NCBI GenBank assembly: GCA_021845665.1
Contig: JAJZVO010000014.1
Location: forward strand, 10,535 to 74,534
Reading direction: 5' to 3'
From: Bacteroidota bacterium
GTDB lineage: Bacteria; Bacteroidota; Ignavibacteria; Kryptoniales; JAKASW01
DNA: 64,000 nt
The notes beneath the pieces are model-generated. The model was given only the letters and a program-made list of their open reading frames with translations. It was not told the origin of the DNA and ran no database searches. Positions 38,566 through 47,575 of this stretch are shown in pieces. Within the stretch, counting starts at the first letter, position 1; each line of letters starts with the position of its first letter. The translations under genes and the position numbers were made by a program.

Positions 38566-38597
38566 AGGGTGCAACGTCTGTTGCGCCCTATTTTTAT
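38566..38597 (+). terminator. Rho-independent terminator/attenuator after flgE
   Basis: AGGGTGCAAC-GTCT-GTTGCGCCCT (10-bp stem with one G-U pair) followed by ATTTTTAT, 20 nt after the flgE stop. Confidence 0.65.
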
Positions 38598-38622
38598 CTG
38601 GCTAAAAAGAAGCGAGGCCTGG

Positions 38623-38871
38623 ATGATCAAGTTGACGCAAATAAACGGCGACGAGATTACAGTTAACGCTGATCTGATAGAGACTATCGAAAAAGCTCAC
38701 GACACCATCATCACGCTAACGACCTCCCGGAGGATACGGGTGAGGGAAGATATCGAAGAGATTGTGAAGAGAGTCGTCGACTATAAGAGGCGCATAAATT
38801 CGCCAGGAGCCTCTTCAGGGAGTTCTGAAACGCGAGGTCTTCCAAATCAGGCCCATCAGAAGGACGAATGA
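38623..38871 (+). CDS. flbD: Flagellar protein FlbD
   Basis: MIKLTQINGDEITVNADLIETIEKAHDTIITLTTSRRIRVREDIEEIV is the canonical FlbD sequence. The upstream ORF-track extension overlaps the terminator. Confidence 0.85.
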   Translation: MIKLTQINGDEITVNADLIETIEKAHDTIITLTTSRRIRVREDIEEIVKRVVDYKRRINSPGASSGSSETRGLPNQAHQKDE

Positions 38872-38957
38872 TCTAGTCCGAACGGAATTCCGGCCTGAAT
38901 CTCGATGAATCCGCCCGGACCGGCAGTGCACTCCCCCGCCTTTTCGAGATGTCTGAT

Positions 38958-38986
38958 AATATTGTTCACTTGCTCAATATTGTTCA
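38958..38986 (+). repeat. Direct repeat AATATTGTTCA x2 (18-bp register) in the flbD-fliL gap
   Basis: The 11-mer occurs at 38958-38968 and 38976-38986, read directly from the sequence. Confidence 0.6.
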
Positions 38987-39039
38987 TCATTCCTCCATTC
39001 TTACTCAAAGACTCTAATATTCGGCCTGAAATGAGGGCT

Positions 39040-39054
39040 TGGTACCGGCATAGC
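39040..39054 (+). promoter_or_regulatory. Weak candidate sigma-54-type promoter upstream of fliL
   Basis: TGGTACCGGCATAGC keeps the exact GG-N10-GC spacing (TGGtAC-N5-TaGC against TGGCAC-N5-TTGC). It is 57 nt upstream of the fliL ATG. Confidence 0.3.
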
Positions 39055-39110
39055 TCTTGACTAAGTAAGGTTGTGAAAACCAAAAAGAATGAAGCAGAGG
39101 CTAAATAGAG

Positions 39111-39620
39111 ATGGCAGAAACAGTCGAAGAAACGCGTACCGCCAAGCCGGCAAGGAAAACAAATAAGCTACTATTGATCGTCACAATCGTCTTAGTACAA
39201 TTGGTAGCAGCTTATTTTCTGGTGGGCTTTTTCCTTCAGCACGGCGGTCCCAATTCGTCCGGTGCTGCCGCAAATGAAAAGGTCAATGAAAAGAAGGCCT
39301 CTTCAAGCGGTGCAAATTTCGATAATGTTTTCATTGTGAAAGATTTGATAGTGAATCCCGCAGGTACGAACGGACTGCGGTTTCTCCTCACCACGATAGG
39401 ACTCGAAGTGTCATCTGCCCAGGTCGAAAAAGAGTGTGAAAAGAGGAATGTCGAAATCCACGATGCCATCATCAGCATTCTGACGAGCAAAACGCTTCCG
39501 CAGCTTGATGAGGTTGATTCGCGCGACAGCCTGAAGACTGAGATCAGGGAGGCGCTTAACAGGGACCTTAGGACGGGAAGTGTGCTCCACGTCTATTTCA
39601 GCAAGTTCATAATCCAGTGA
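39111..39620 (+). CDS. fliL: Flagellar basal body-associated protein FliL
   Basis: N-terminal TM (LLLIVTIVLVQLVAAYFLVGFF) and a FliL C-terminal pattern (FIVKDLIVNPAG..., RFLLTTIGLEV..., VLHVYFSKFIIQ). Confidence 0.88.
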   Translation: MAETVEETRTAKPARKTNKLLLIVTIVLVQLVAAYFLVGFFLQHGGPNSSGAAANEKVNEKKASSSGANFDNVFIVKDLIVNPAGTNGLRFLLTTIGLEVSSAQVEKECEKRNVEIHDAIISILTSKTLPQLDEVDSRDSLKTEIREALNRDLRTGSVLHVYFSKFIIQ

Positions 39621-39629
39621 GCCAAGCGA

Positions 39630-40646
39630 ATGCCTGAAGTACTCTCGCAATCCGAAATAGATAGTCTTCTTGCCGGGATAGGAAAATCGCCGGCGCCTGA
39701 GGTCGTTGAAGGACAACCCGAGGTCAAGGAAGAGACTCGAGACATACAGGGATTTGATTTTCGGAGACCGAACCGCGTGTCGAAGAACCAGCTTAGAATT
39801 TTCCAGGCGGTTCACGAAACATTTGCGGAAATGTTCGGCTTCTACCTCGCGTCAAAACTGCAGACTCAGGTTTCCATTGCGGTGAGCTCCGTCGACCAGC
39901 TTTTCTATTCGGAATACCAGCTTTCAATCGGAAGTCCCACTTGTCTTTATGTGTTCGACATGCAGCCGTCCGAAGGCCGTGGAGTCCTTGAACTTTCGCC
40001 CATGCTTGTGTTTGCCATAGTAGAGAGACTTCTCGGCGGCGGGGCTGCGGAACCTCAGCGAAAGATTCGCGCGGTCACGGAGATAGAGAAGGCTCTCATC
40101 AAAGGGACGATTGAGAAGTCGCTTCAAGATCTGCAAGGCGCATGGAAGTCGATCAGTACTCTGAAGTTCGTGCCGAACCGTTTCGAAAGCGAAGCGGATT
40201 TTCTGCAGATTGCTCCTGCCAGCGAGATAGTGCTTGTTGTTTCGTTCGACGTCCAGATAGCGGGAACGAGTTATTTAATGAACCTCTGCTTCCCGACATT
40301 TTCGCTTGAAGAGATTATTCAACGTCTTACCGTACAGCACGTCGCGCCGATGGGAAGCGGCGACGGCAACCAGAGGGCGAAATCGGCGAGCGCCGCCGTG
40401 AAAAATATATCTGTGACTGAGCTCCCTGTGAGTGTGGAGCTTGGCAAGTCGGCCATCTCCATCCACGATCTTGTTGAGCTTCAGTTGGGAGATGTGATCG
40501 TCCTCGACAGCAAGAAGGATGGGTTGCACCCGGTGAGGATAGCATCCAGGACCAAGTTCTTTGCAAAGGCCGGCGTACACGAGGGGCACAAAGCGGTGAA
40601 GATAGTTAGAAATGCTTCAGAAGAGGAACAAAACGGAGATTTATGA
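39630..40646 (+). CDS. fliM: Flagellar motor switch protein FliM
   Basis: N-terminal CheY-P binding motif (VLSQSEIDSLL) and the FliM middle and SpoA C-terminal domains. Confidence 0.93.
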   Translation: MPEVLSQSEIDSLLAGIGKSPAPEVVEGQPEVKEETRDIQGFDFRRPNRVSKNQLRIFQAVHETFAEMFGFYLASKLQTQVSIAVSSVDQLFYSEYQLSIGSPTCLYVFDMQPSEGRGVLELSPMLVFAIVERLLGGGAAEPQRKIRAVTEIEKALIKGTIEKSLQDLQGAWKSISTLKFVPNRFESEADFLQIAPASEIVLVVSFDVQIAGTSYLMNLCFPTFSLEEIIQRLTVQHVAPMGSGDGNQRAKSASAAVKNISVTELPVSVELGKSAISIHDLVELQLGDVIVLDSKKDGLHPVRIASRTKFFAKAGVHEGHKAVKIVRNASEEEQNGDL

Positions 40647-41020
40647 TGGCAGATGATGCGATCAAGAATGCCGAAGTCGAAAAGCCTGTACGGAAAGAAG
40701 TCCAGAGCGCGGCATTCGAAAACCTTACCGATACGGAAACAAAATCCGCCGGCGGCGAGAACAAACTCGACCTGCTTCTTGACCTCGACCTTATGGTCAG
40801 CGTGGAGTTGGGGAAGACTGCGATGATGATAAAGGATATTCTCGAACTCGGTCGTGGATCGATTATAGAATTCGACAAACTTGTAAGCGAACCGGTCGAT
40901 ATCCTGGTCAACGGAAGGAAGATGGCCGAGGGTGAAGTCGTCGTTGTTGACAAGCACTTCGGCATCCGGATAACAAGTCTCATCGATCCTTCGGAACGCG
41001 TAAAGGGATTGAGAAAGTAA
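40643..41020 (+). CDS. fliN: Flagellar motor switch protein FliN
   Basis: SpoA domain (LDLLLDLDLMVSVELGKTAMMIKDILELGRGSIIEFDKLVSEPVDILVNGRKMAEGEVVVVDKHFGIRI). Confidence 0.92.
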   Translation: MMADDAIKNAEVEKPVRKEVQSAAFENLTDTETKSAGGENKLDLLLDLDLMVSVELGKTAMMIKDILELGRGSIIEFDKLVSEPVDILVNGRKMAEGEVVVVDKHFGIRITSLIDPSERVKGLRK

Positions 41021-41355
41021 TGGACTGGATGGTCGTCAAAGCCTTTTTAACCATGATGATGATTGTCGGACTTATGTTCGCCATTCTGGTTGTGGTACGG
41101 AAGTATTTATTCAACAGGCCGAATATTCCCAACGATAATATGAAGGTGCTTTCGAGCTTAAGTCTTCAACCGAAGAAATCGATCTTCTTGGTGAAGGTGT
41201 TCAACAAAGTCATGCTGGTCGGAATCAGCGACAATTCTATAGCCGCTCTCGGTGAAATCACCGACGACGAGACGCTCGAAATCATCGAGGCGTCTACTCG
41301 GAGGAAACAGATGAAAGGCTTCACTGAGATTCTGAAGGGGCTTTCACTGAAATGA
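41020..41355 (+). CDS. fliO: Flagellar biosynthesis protein FliO/FliZ
   Basis: Single N-terminal TM, then LQPKKSIFLVKVFNKVMLVGISDNSIAALGEI. Located directly before fliP. Confidence 0.8.
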   Translation: MDWMVVKAFLTMMMIVGLMFAILVVVRKYLFNRPNIPNDNMKVLSSLSLQPKKSIFLVKVFNKVMLVGISDNSIAALGEITDDETLEIIEASTRRKQMKGFTEILKGLSLK

Positions 41356-42110
41356 AGAAGATTTTGTTCATAGGCCTGGTTGCCGCGTGCCTTATATCGA
41401 CCGCACCGGCAGCTGTACATGCCCAGACCACAATCCCGATACCGCAGATCACTTTCGGGATAACGAAATCTTCCAGTCCGAAAAACGTTGCTCTGACGCT
41501 TCAGATTCTCTTCTTCATGACGATCCTCAGCCTTGCTCCGGCGATCTTAATTATGACGACTGCCTTTCCGCGCATCATCATCGCCTTTTACTTCATCAGG
41601 CAGGCGCTGGGCACTCCCACTATGCCTCCCACCCAGCTTCTCGTAGGGCTCGCACTTTTCTTGACATTCTTCGTCATGGCTCCGACATGGAGCAAGGTTA
41701 ACGAGAACGCGTTCCAGCCCTATCTCAAGAATCAAATCTCGCTGGACTCGGCGTTCACCGTCGGTGTAAAGCCGATCAGAGATTTCATGCTTCGTCAGAC
41801 GCGGGAAAAAGATCTGGCTATGATGGTGCACCTTGCCCATCTCCACCGCCCGAATACTCCGGCTGACGTTCCGACGTATGTCATCGTACCCGCGTTTGCC
41901 ATCAGTGAGATGCGAATAGGCTTTGAGATCGGTTTTCTCGTCTTCATTCCCTTCATGATGATAGATATGATAGTCGCCAGCATATTGATGTCGATGGGTA
42001 TGATGATGGTCCCGCCGATGATGATATCGTTACCGATGAAAATTTTGCTTTTCGTTTTGGTAGACGGTTGGTACCTCCTTGTCGGTTCACTCGTGCGAGG
42101 ATTTCATTGA
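41352..42110 (+). CDS. fliP: Flagellar export gate protein FliP
   Basis: Signal peptide plus conserved FliP segments (LTLQILFFMTILSLAPAILIMTT-F-RIIIAFYFIRQALG, GFEIGFLVFIPFMMIDMIVASILMSMGMMM). Confidence 0.95.
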   Translation: MKKILFIGLVAACLISTAPAAVHAQTTIPIPQITFGITKSSSPKNVALTLQILFFMTILSLAPAILIMTTAFPRIIIAFYFIRQALGTPTMPPTQLLVGLALFLTFFVMAPTWSKVNENAFQPYLKNQISLDSAFTVGVKPIRDFMLRQTREKDLAMMVHLAHLHRPNTPADVPTYVIVPAFAISEMRIGFEIGFLVFIPFMMIDMIVASILMSMGMMMVPPMMISLPMKILLFVLVDGWYLLVGSLVRGFH

Positions 42111-42117
42111 GGGAAAT

Positions 42118-42384
42118 ATGACGGAAGCATTTGTAATTGGAATTACCAGGGACGCTTTCTACACGATCTTCATTGTGTCGGCGCCTGCATTGGTCGTTTC
42201 CATTGTTGTCGGCCTCCTGATCTCGGTCTTCCAGGCTGCCACATCGATAACCGAAATGACACTTACCTTTGTGCCCAAGATTCTTGCGATAGGAGTCGTC
42301 TGCATACTCCTTCTTCCGTTCATCATGAATAAGATGCTCCAATTTACGCAACACGTTTTTAATCTTATACCCAATCTGAAGTGA
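42118..42384 (+). CDS. fliQ: Flagellar export gate protein FliQ
   Basis: 88-aa two-TM protein (PALVVSIVVGLLISVFQAATSITEMTLTFVPKILAIG). The ATG at 42118 has GAGGG 4 nt upstream. The ORF-track start at 42079 lies inside fliP. Confidence 0.92.
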   Translation: MTEAFVIGITRDAFYTIFIVSAPALVVSIVVGLLISVFQAATSITEMTLTFVPKILAIGVVCILLLPFIMNKMLQFTQHVFNLIPNLK

Positions 42385-42385
42385 A

Positions 42386-43153
42386 ATGACTTTCTACGCT
42401 GAGAAATTCATCGTCTTCCTTCTCGTCTTCATACGAACGCTTTCAATGTTTGCGACGGCGCCGCTATACGGGAACCAGGCGATCCCCGCGCAAGTGAAGG
42501 TCTGGGCGGGGGCCGCCGTAGCATTTGCACTTTTTCCGCTTGTCGCGGCCAACACCGGGACTCTCTCTCTTGATCTCGGCTCCTTGATCGTCCTCGCCAT
42601 TCAGGAAGTGATTGTCGGTTCTGCAATCGGGTTCACGATGGGGCTGATCTTTATGGGCATCGATTATGCCGGCGAATTACTCGGCATAGAGATGGGGCTT
42701 TCAATATCGAGCCTGATCGATCAGCAGAGCGGCATCAATGTGCCGGTAATTGGTCAGTTCGAAGCGATCATGGCGACGTTTCTTTTCCTGGTAATGAACG
42801 GGCATCTCTTTTTGCTGCAGGCGCTTCAGATGAGTTACAGTGCCGTACCTATATCGGGCCTGAGACTTACGGGATCCGCAGTGAACCTTTTCGTCGGCCT
42901 TACGAGTATGGTTTTCGTAACCGCGATTAAGATCAGCGCTCCTGTGATGGTTTCCCTTTTCCTCGCGGACGTCGTACTGGGCATCATGGCCAGGATGGTT
43001 CCGCAAGTGAATGTCTTTTTCGTGGGGATGCCGATCACCATCGGCATCGGCGTGGTTCTTCTGATCGCCTCTCTTCCTTTTTTCGTGCTTGTGTTCGGAA
43101 AGCTCCTGGAAGTTTTTGAAGGGCAGACCGTTCAACTCCTGAGGTTAATGTAA
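42386..43153 (+). CDS. fliR: Flagellar export gate protein FliR
   Basis: Polytopic membrane protein with FliR-type segments (FLLVFIRTLSMFATAP, GFTMGLIFMGIDYAGELLG). In fliPQR order. Confidence 0.92.
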   Translation: MTFYAEKFIVFLLVFIRTLSMFATAPLYGNQAIPAQVKVWAGAAVAFALFPLVAANTGTLSLDLGSLIVLAIQEVIVGSAIGFTMGLIFMGIDYAGELLGIEMGLSISSLIDQQSGINVPVIGQFEAIMATFLFLVMNGHLFLLQALQMSYSAVPISGLRLTGSAVNLFVGLTSMVFVTAIKISAPVMVSLFLADVVLGIMARMVPQVNVFFVGMPITIGIGVVLLIASLPFFVLVFGKLLEVFEGQTVQLLRLM

Positions 43154-43154
43154 G

Positions 43155-44240
43155 ATGGCAGACGACAACTTCGCGGAAAAAACGGAACCTGCTACTCCCA
43201 AGCGCCGTGCGGAGCTGAGGAGGGACGGGAAAGTCGTTAAGAGCATGGAGGTAAACTCCGCCCTGGGACTCCTCGGGGGAAGTATCATTCTCTATATGCT
43301 CGGCCGCGGTCTGATCGGTGAAATTTCGGATGTCATGAAGCAGTACCTGTCCCTCTCTTACGGAATGGACCTAAGCCCAACGAACGCCATCACCATTGCC
43401 GGTAGCATGGCATCACGATTTCTCCTGATCGTCTTTCCGGTGCTCCTTGTGATCATGGGGATTGGAATACTTTCGAATGTCGCCCAGGTCGGTTTTCTTT
43501 TTACGACCAAGCCGCTCGCAAAGGGATTCTCTGGCATGAACCCGTTGAACGGGATAAAGAAGCTCGGTCTTTCGCAGAGCTCTCTCATAGAGCTGACTAA
43601 AAGCATTTTTAAAATCTTAATCGTAAGCGTGATCGGATACTTCGCGCTCAACGATCTAATAGAAGGATCCATTCACCTGGTCGAAAGTTCGCCTGTTCAA
43701 ATCCTTTCATCCATGGGTACAGGCGCTTTCGCGGTTACCATGAAGATAGCGGCGGTATTCCTCGTCATGGCGTTAACCGACTTCATTGTGCAGCGAAGGA
43801 AATTCGAACGCGACACAAGAATGTCCAAACAGGAAATCAAGGAGGAGAACAAACGCGACGAAGGCGATCCCCAGATAAAGGGGAGGATCAGACGCGAAAT
43901 GGTGAAACGCCATAAAATTCGAATGATGGCCAACGTCCCGAAGGCGGATGTCGTCGTGACGAATCCTACTCATTATGCTATCGCGATAAAGTATGATGCG
44001 GCTAAAATGTCTGCTCCATTGGTTGTCGCGAAGGGGAAGGACCTGATTGCGCAGAGGATCAAGGAGATTGCGGTGGAGCACAATATCCCGATCGTGGAAG
44101 ACAGGCCACTCGCGCAACTGCTGTATAAGACGGTCGAAGTCGACGAGCAAATTCCGCCCGACCTGTTCAAGGCGGTTGCCCAGATACTCGCCTACATCTA
44201 CAAGATGAAAAAGCTAAAACGCGGCTACGGAAAGAACTAA
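43155..44240 (+). CDS. flhB: Flagellar export switch protein FlhB
   Basis: EKTEPATPKRRAELRRDGKV N-terminus, 4 TM helices, and the NPTH autocleavage site (VVVTNPTHYAIAIKY). Confidence 0.95.
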   Translation: MADDNFAEKTEPATPKRRAELRRDGKVVKSMEVNSALGLLGGSIILYMLGRGLIGEISDVMKQYLSLSYGMDLSPTNAITIAGSMASRFLLIVFPVLLVIMGIGILSNVAQVGFLFTTKPLAKGFSGMNPLNGIKKLGLSQSSLIELTKSIFKILIVSVIGYFALNDLIEGSIHLVESSPVQILSSMGTGAFAVTMKIAAVFLVMALTDFIVQRRKFERDTRMSKQEIKEENKRDEGDPQIKGRIRREMVKRHKIRMMANVPKADVVVTNPTHYAIAIKYDAAKMSAPLVVAKGKDLIAQRIKEIAVEHNIPIVEDRPLAQLLYKTVEVDEQIPPDLFKAVAQILAYIYKMKKLKRGYGKN

Positions 44241-46322
44241 ATGGCAGCGACAGTAGAGAGAATATCGACCAGCAAAGCATACAGATTATTCGGGAAGAAT
44301 ACTGACCTGCTTCTCGCGGGGGTGGTACTCCTGATTCTCTCCCTGATGATCGTACCGCTTCCGCCGTTCATGCTCGATATTCTGATTTCGGCAAACATCA
44401 CGTTCTCGATCGTTCTCCTGATGGTCGCTATGTACATCACGAGCCCGCTCGAGCTCTCCGCATTTCCCGGCTTGCTTTTGATACTCACACTCTTCCGTCT
44501 CTCTTTGAACGTCGCCTCTTCAAGGTTGATCCTTAGTAAGGGATATGCCGGTGAAGTCATTCACGCGTTCGGCTCGTTCGTTGTTCAAGGCAACTATGTC
44601 GTCGGCGTAATCATATTCATAATCCTGGCGACCATCCAGTTCGTCGTGATTATCAAAGGCTCCGGAAGAATCGCGGAAGTTACGGCCAGGTTCACCCTGG
44701 ATGCGATGCCCGGGAAACAGATGAGCATCGATGCCGATATGAACTCCGGTTTGATCACGGAAGAGCAGGCAAGGCAGCGGCGCAGCAACCTGCAGAGGGA
44801 GGCGGACTTCTTCGGCGCGATGGACGGCGCAAGCAAGTTTGTCAAAGGTGACGCGATCGCCGGCGTCATCATAATCGTCGTCAATATTGTCGGCGGCTTC
44901 ATAATCGGCATGGCGCAGCTCGGGATGAGTTTTACCGGGTCCCTATCACATTACACGCTCCTGACGATTGGCGACGGTCTGGTCACGCAAATACCTGCCC
45001 TCGTCATTTCTACCGCGGCCGGTATGATAGTAACCAGGAGCGCGTCCGGCGGTCAGCTCGACCAGGAATTGAAGAAGCAGCTCCTGTCGAGGCCGAAAGC
45101 GCTTTATATAGCCGGCGGAACACTCGGTTTCTTTGCGATCATACCCGGTCTTCCTACCGTGCCTTTCCTCGCCCTCGCCTCCATCGTGGCAGGTTTCGGG
45201 TACATCAGGTCGAAGACTATGTCAAACCAGCCCGCAGGGGAGCAGGCGAAGGCGGCAACCGAAGATGAGAAGAAGGATGAGAAGATCGAATCCTACTTGC
45301 AGGTCGATCCGATCGAACTTGAGATCGGCTACGGACTGATTTCGATGGTAGACGAAGCCGCGGGCGGCGATCTTTTCCAGCGCATCACGAACCTCAGGAA
45401 GCAAATCGCTCTCGAGTTTGGGATGATCGTTCCTCCGATCAGAGTTCGCGACAACCTTCAACTTCCACCAAGCCGGTACGTGATCAAGATAAGAGGTGTT
45501 CAGGTTGCCCTCGGTGAGCTCTACATGGATCGTTACCTTGCGATGAGTCCATCTATGAAGGAAGGCGATATCCCGGGTATTTATGTCACCGATCCGACAT
45601 TCGGTTTGCCGGCAGTCTGGGTGGAGCGAACGCAGCGCGACAATGCCGAGGTTCTCGGCTTCACTGTCGTCGAGGCGCCCGCCGTCCTTTCGACGCATCT
45701 CGGCGAGACGTTGAAAAGGAATGCGGATAAGATTCTCAGCAGGCAGGAAGTGAAGATGCTCATAGACAACCTGAAGAAGGATTATGGTGCATTAGTCGAC
45801 GAGATCAACCCTGATCTTCTTCCGCTGGGGACGCTTCAGAAAGTTCTGCAGAATCTGCTTAAGGAAAGGATTCCTATACGGGACCTCGTAACTATCATCG
45901 AGTCACTCCTTGATTATTCCAAGGTCACGAAGAATACGGAAGTATTGACCGAGTACGTCAGACACGCACTCTCTGAGACGATCGCGGCGCTTTATGCGGA
46001 TCCGTCCGGCGTAATACACGCTATCACGCTCGATCCGTCGGTGGAGCAGATCCTGTCGAATTCTCTGCAATCCCAGAAAGAGATCACGAACACGCTCGGC
46101 CTTTCCCCGGAGGTAACCAGGAAAATAAACGACAGCGTCTCAAAAAATGTCGAGCATACCCAGTCGTTCGGTTACGATCCAGTCGTTATATGTTCGGCAA
46201 CGGTCAGGCTCTATTTCTACAGGCTTATACATACGAACTTCCAGCAGGTGGCCGTCACTTCATACACAGAGCTGCCGGCGCGCACCGAGATTGACATCAT
46301 CGGAAGGATAGTAGCAGGATGA
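44241..46322 (+). CDS. flhA: Flagellar export gate protein FlhA
   Basis: FHIPEP motifs (RFTLDAMPGKQMSIDADLN..., FVKGDAIAG) and a large cytoplasmic C-terminal domain. Confidence 0.96.
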   Translation: MAATVERISTSKAYRLFGKNTDLLLAGVVLLILSLMIVPLPPFMLDILISANITFSIVLLMVAMYITSPLELSAFPGLLLILTLFRLSLNVASSRLILSKGYAGEVIHAFGSFVVQGNYVVGVIIFIILATIQFVVIIKGSGRIAEVTARFTLDAMPGKQMSIDADMNSGLITEEQARQRRSNLQREADFFGAMDGASKFVKGDAIAGVIIIVVNIVGGFIIGMAQLGMSFTGSLSHYTLLTIGDGLVTQIPALVISTAAGMIVTRSASGGQLDQELKKQLLSRPKALYIAGGTLGFFAIIPGLPTVPFLALASIVAGFGYIRSKTMSNQPAGEQAKAATEDEKKDEKIESYLQVDPIELEIGYGLISMVDEAAGGDLFQRITNLRKQIALEFGMIVPPIRVRDNLQLPPSRYVIKIRGVQVALGELYMDRYLAMSPSMKEGDIPGIYVTDPTFGLPAVWVERTQRDNAEVLGFTVVEAPAVLSTHLGETLKRNADKILSRQEVKMLIDNLKKDYGALVDEINPDLLPLGTLQKVLQNLLKERIPIRDLVTIIESLLDYSKVTKNTEVLTEYVRHALSETIAALYADPSGVIHAITLDPSVEQILSNSLQSQKEITNTLGLSPEVTRKINDSVSKNVEHTQSFGYDPVVICSATVRLYFYRLIHTNFQQVAVTSYTELPARTEIDIIGRIVAG

Positions 46323-47575
46323 GAATTAAGAAATTCACCGGAGCGACGGCAAAGGAAGCCGTCGAAAAAATGCGTCAGGAATTCGGCGAGGAAGCCGTTG
46401 TTCTGAACACACGACGCGTTTCGAAAGGCGGGATTCTCGGAATAGGAAACGAGGAGTATGTCGAAGTGACGGCCGCCTACGACGAATCGCCAATGAGAGT
46501 TCAGCCTCGCATCCAACAGCCGCGCCCCCAGCAGTCACCGGCCTCCGGCGAAGATGTCCTCGGCAACCTAAGGCAGCTCGCTTCCAAATTTGAAGAGAAG
46601 CGGAAAGCGGATGCGTCGGCGAAGCGGCCTCCGGCAACGTTCTCGCAGGCTGCGTCAAGTGTCGAGAGCGATGCGCTCAAACAGGAACTCTCTGAGGTCA
46701 AGAACGCCCTTGGCGAAATAGCCCAGCATATCAAGCACTCCAAGATGCCTGTACTCTCAGAAGCATTGAAGAATGTGTATACGACGCTGGTCGACAACGA
46801 GGTCGAGGAGGATATCGCGCTCGAAATCGTTCAGACATGCAACAGTAAGCTGGGCGGAAGCGCGAGCCAAAACCAGTTTGCTGTAGACAATATCATATAT
46901 CGCTCGATTGCCAGGCGCTTCACGGAATCTCCTGTCAGGCGGCTCGGAAGGAAAGGCTACGTCGTAGCGCTTGTCGGACCGACCGGTGTCGGCAAAACCA
47001 CTACGGTGGCAAAGCTGGCTTCAATAAGTAAACTTGTCAAAGGGGAGAACGTTGCGCTCATCACTGCCGACACGTACAGGATCGGCGCCATCGATCAGCT
47101 CAAGGCTTTCGCGGATATAGCTTCCATACCGTTGTCTGTCGTCTACACCCCGGACGAGATGATCGCTGCAATCAGAAAATATTCAAACTGCGACACGATT
47201 TACATAGATACTGTAGGCAGAAGTCAGCGGAAGCCCGACAAAATAATTGAGCTCGGCAGGTTTATCGACGCTGCGGATCCGAACGAAGTTCATCTGGTGT
47301 TGAGCGCAAACTTCTCGGTAAGCACCGTGCTGGATGTCTACGGGAAATTCAGAGGTCTGAAGCCGAACAGGCTCTTGATAACGAAAACCGATGAGGCCGT
47401 CTCTCTCGGCATGCTTCTTAGTCTCGCCCGGGACTCGAGCATACCATTCTCGTTTATCACGAACGGCCAGAGTGTTCCCGACGACATAGAGCCGGCATCG
47501 GGAGAAATCTTTTCGAAAATGATTTATCCGGTCGGTTCATCTCGTGACATAGTTGGAGTCGAAGCCAATGCTTGA
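46319..47575 (+). CDS. flhF: Flagellar SRP-type GTPase FlhF
   Basis: G1 LVGPTGVGKTTT, G3 DTVGRS, and TKTDE in the NG domain. Follows flhA. Confidence 0.92.
   Translation: MRIKKFTGATAKEAVEKMRQEFGEEAVVLNTRRVSKGGILGIGNEEYVEVTAAYDESPMRVQPRIQQPRPQQSPASGEDVLGNLRQLASKFEEKRKADASAKRPPATFSQAASSVESDALKQELSEVKNALGEIAQHIKHSKMPVLSEALKNVYTTLVDNEVEEDIALEIVQTCNSKLGGSASQNQFAVDNIIYRSIARRFTESPVRRLGRKGYVVALVGPTGVGKTTTVAKLASISKLVKGENVALITADTYRIGAIDQLKAFADIASIPLSVVYTPDEMIAAIRKYSNCDTIYIDTVGRSQRKPDKIIELGRFIDAADPNEVHLVLSANFSVSTVLDVYGKFRGLKPNRLLITKTDEAVSLGMLLSLARDSSIPFSFITNGQSVPDDIEPASGEIFSKMIYPVGSSRDIVGVEANA

Noticed and set aside
38856-39083. 75-aa minus-strand ORF (or a 44-aa version after GGAGGAATGATG) in the flbD-fliL gap, the only antisense candidate within the flagellar operon
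   Set aside because: SD-to-start spacing is too short for either ATG. It overlaps the flbD 3' end. There is no family resemblance. The gap is better explained as a regulatory region.
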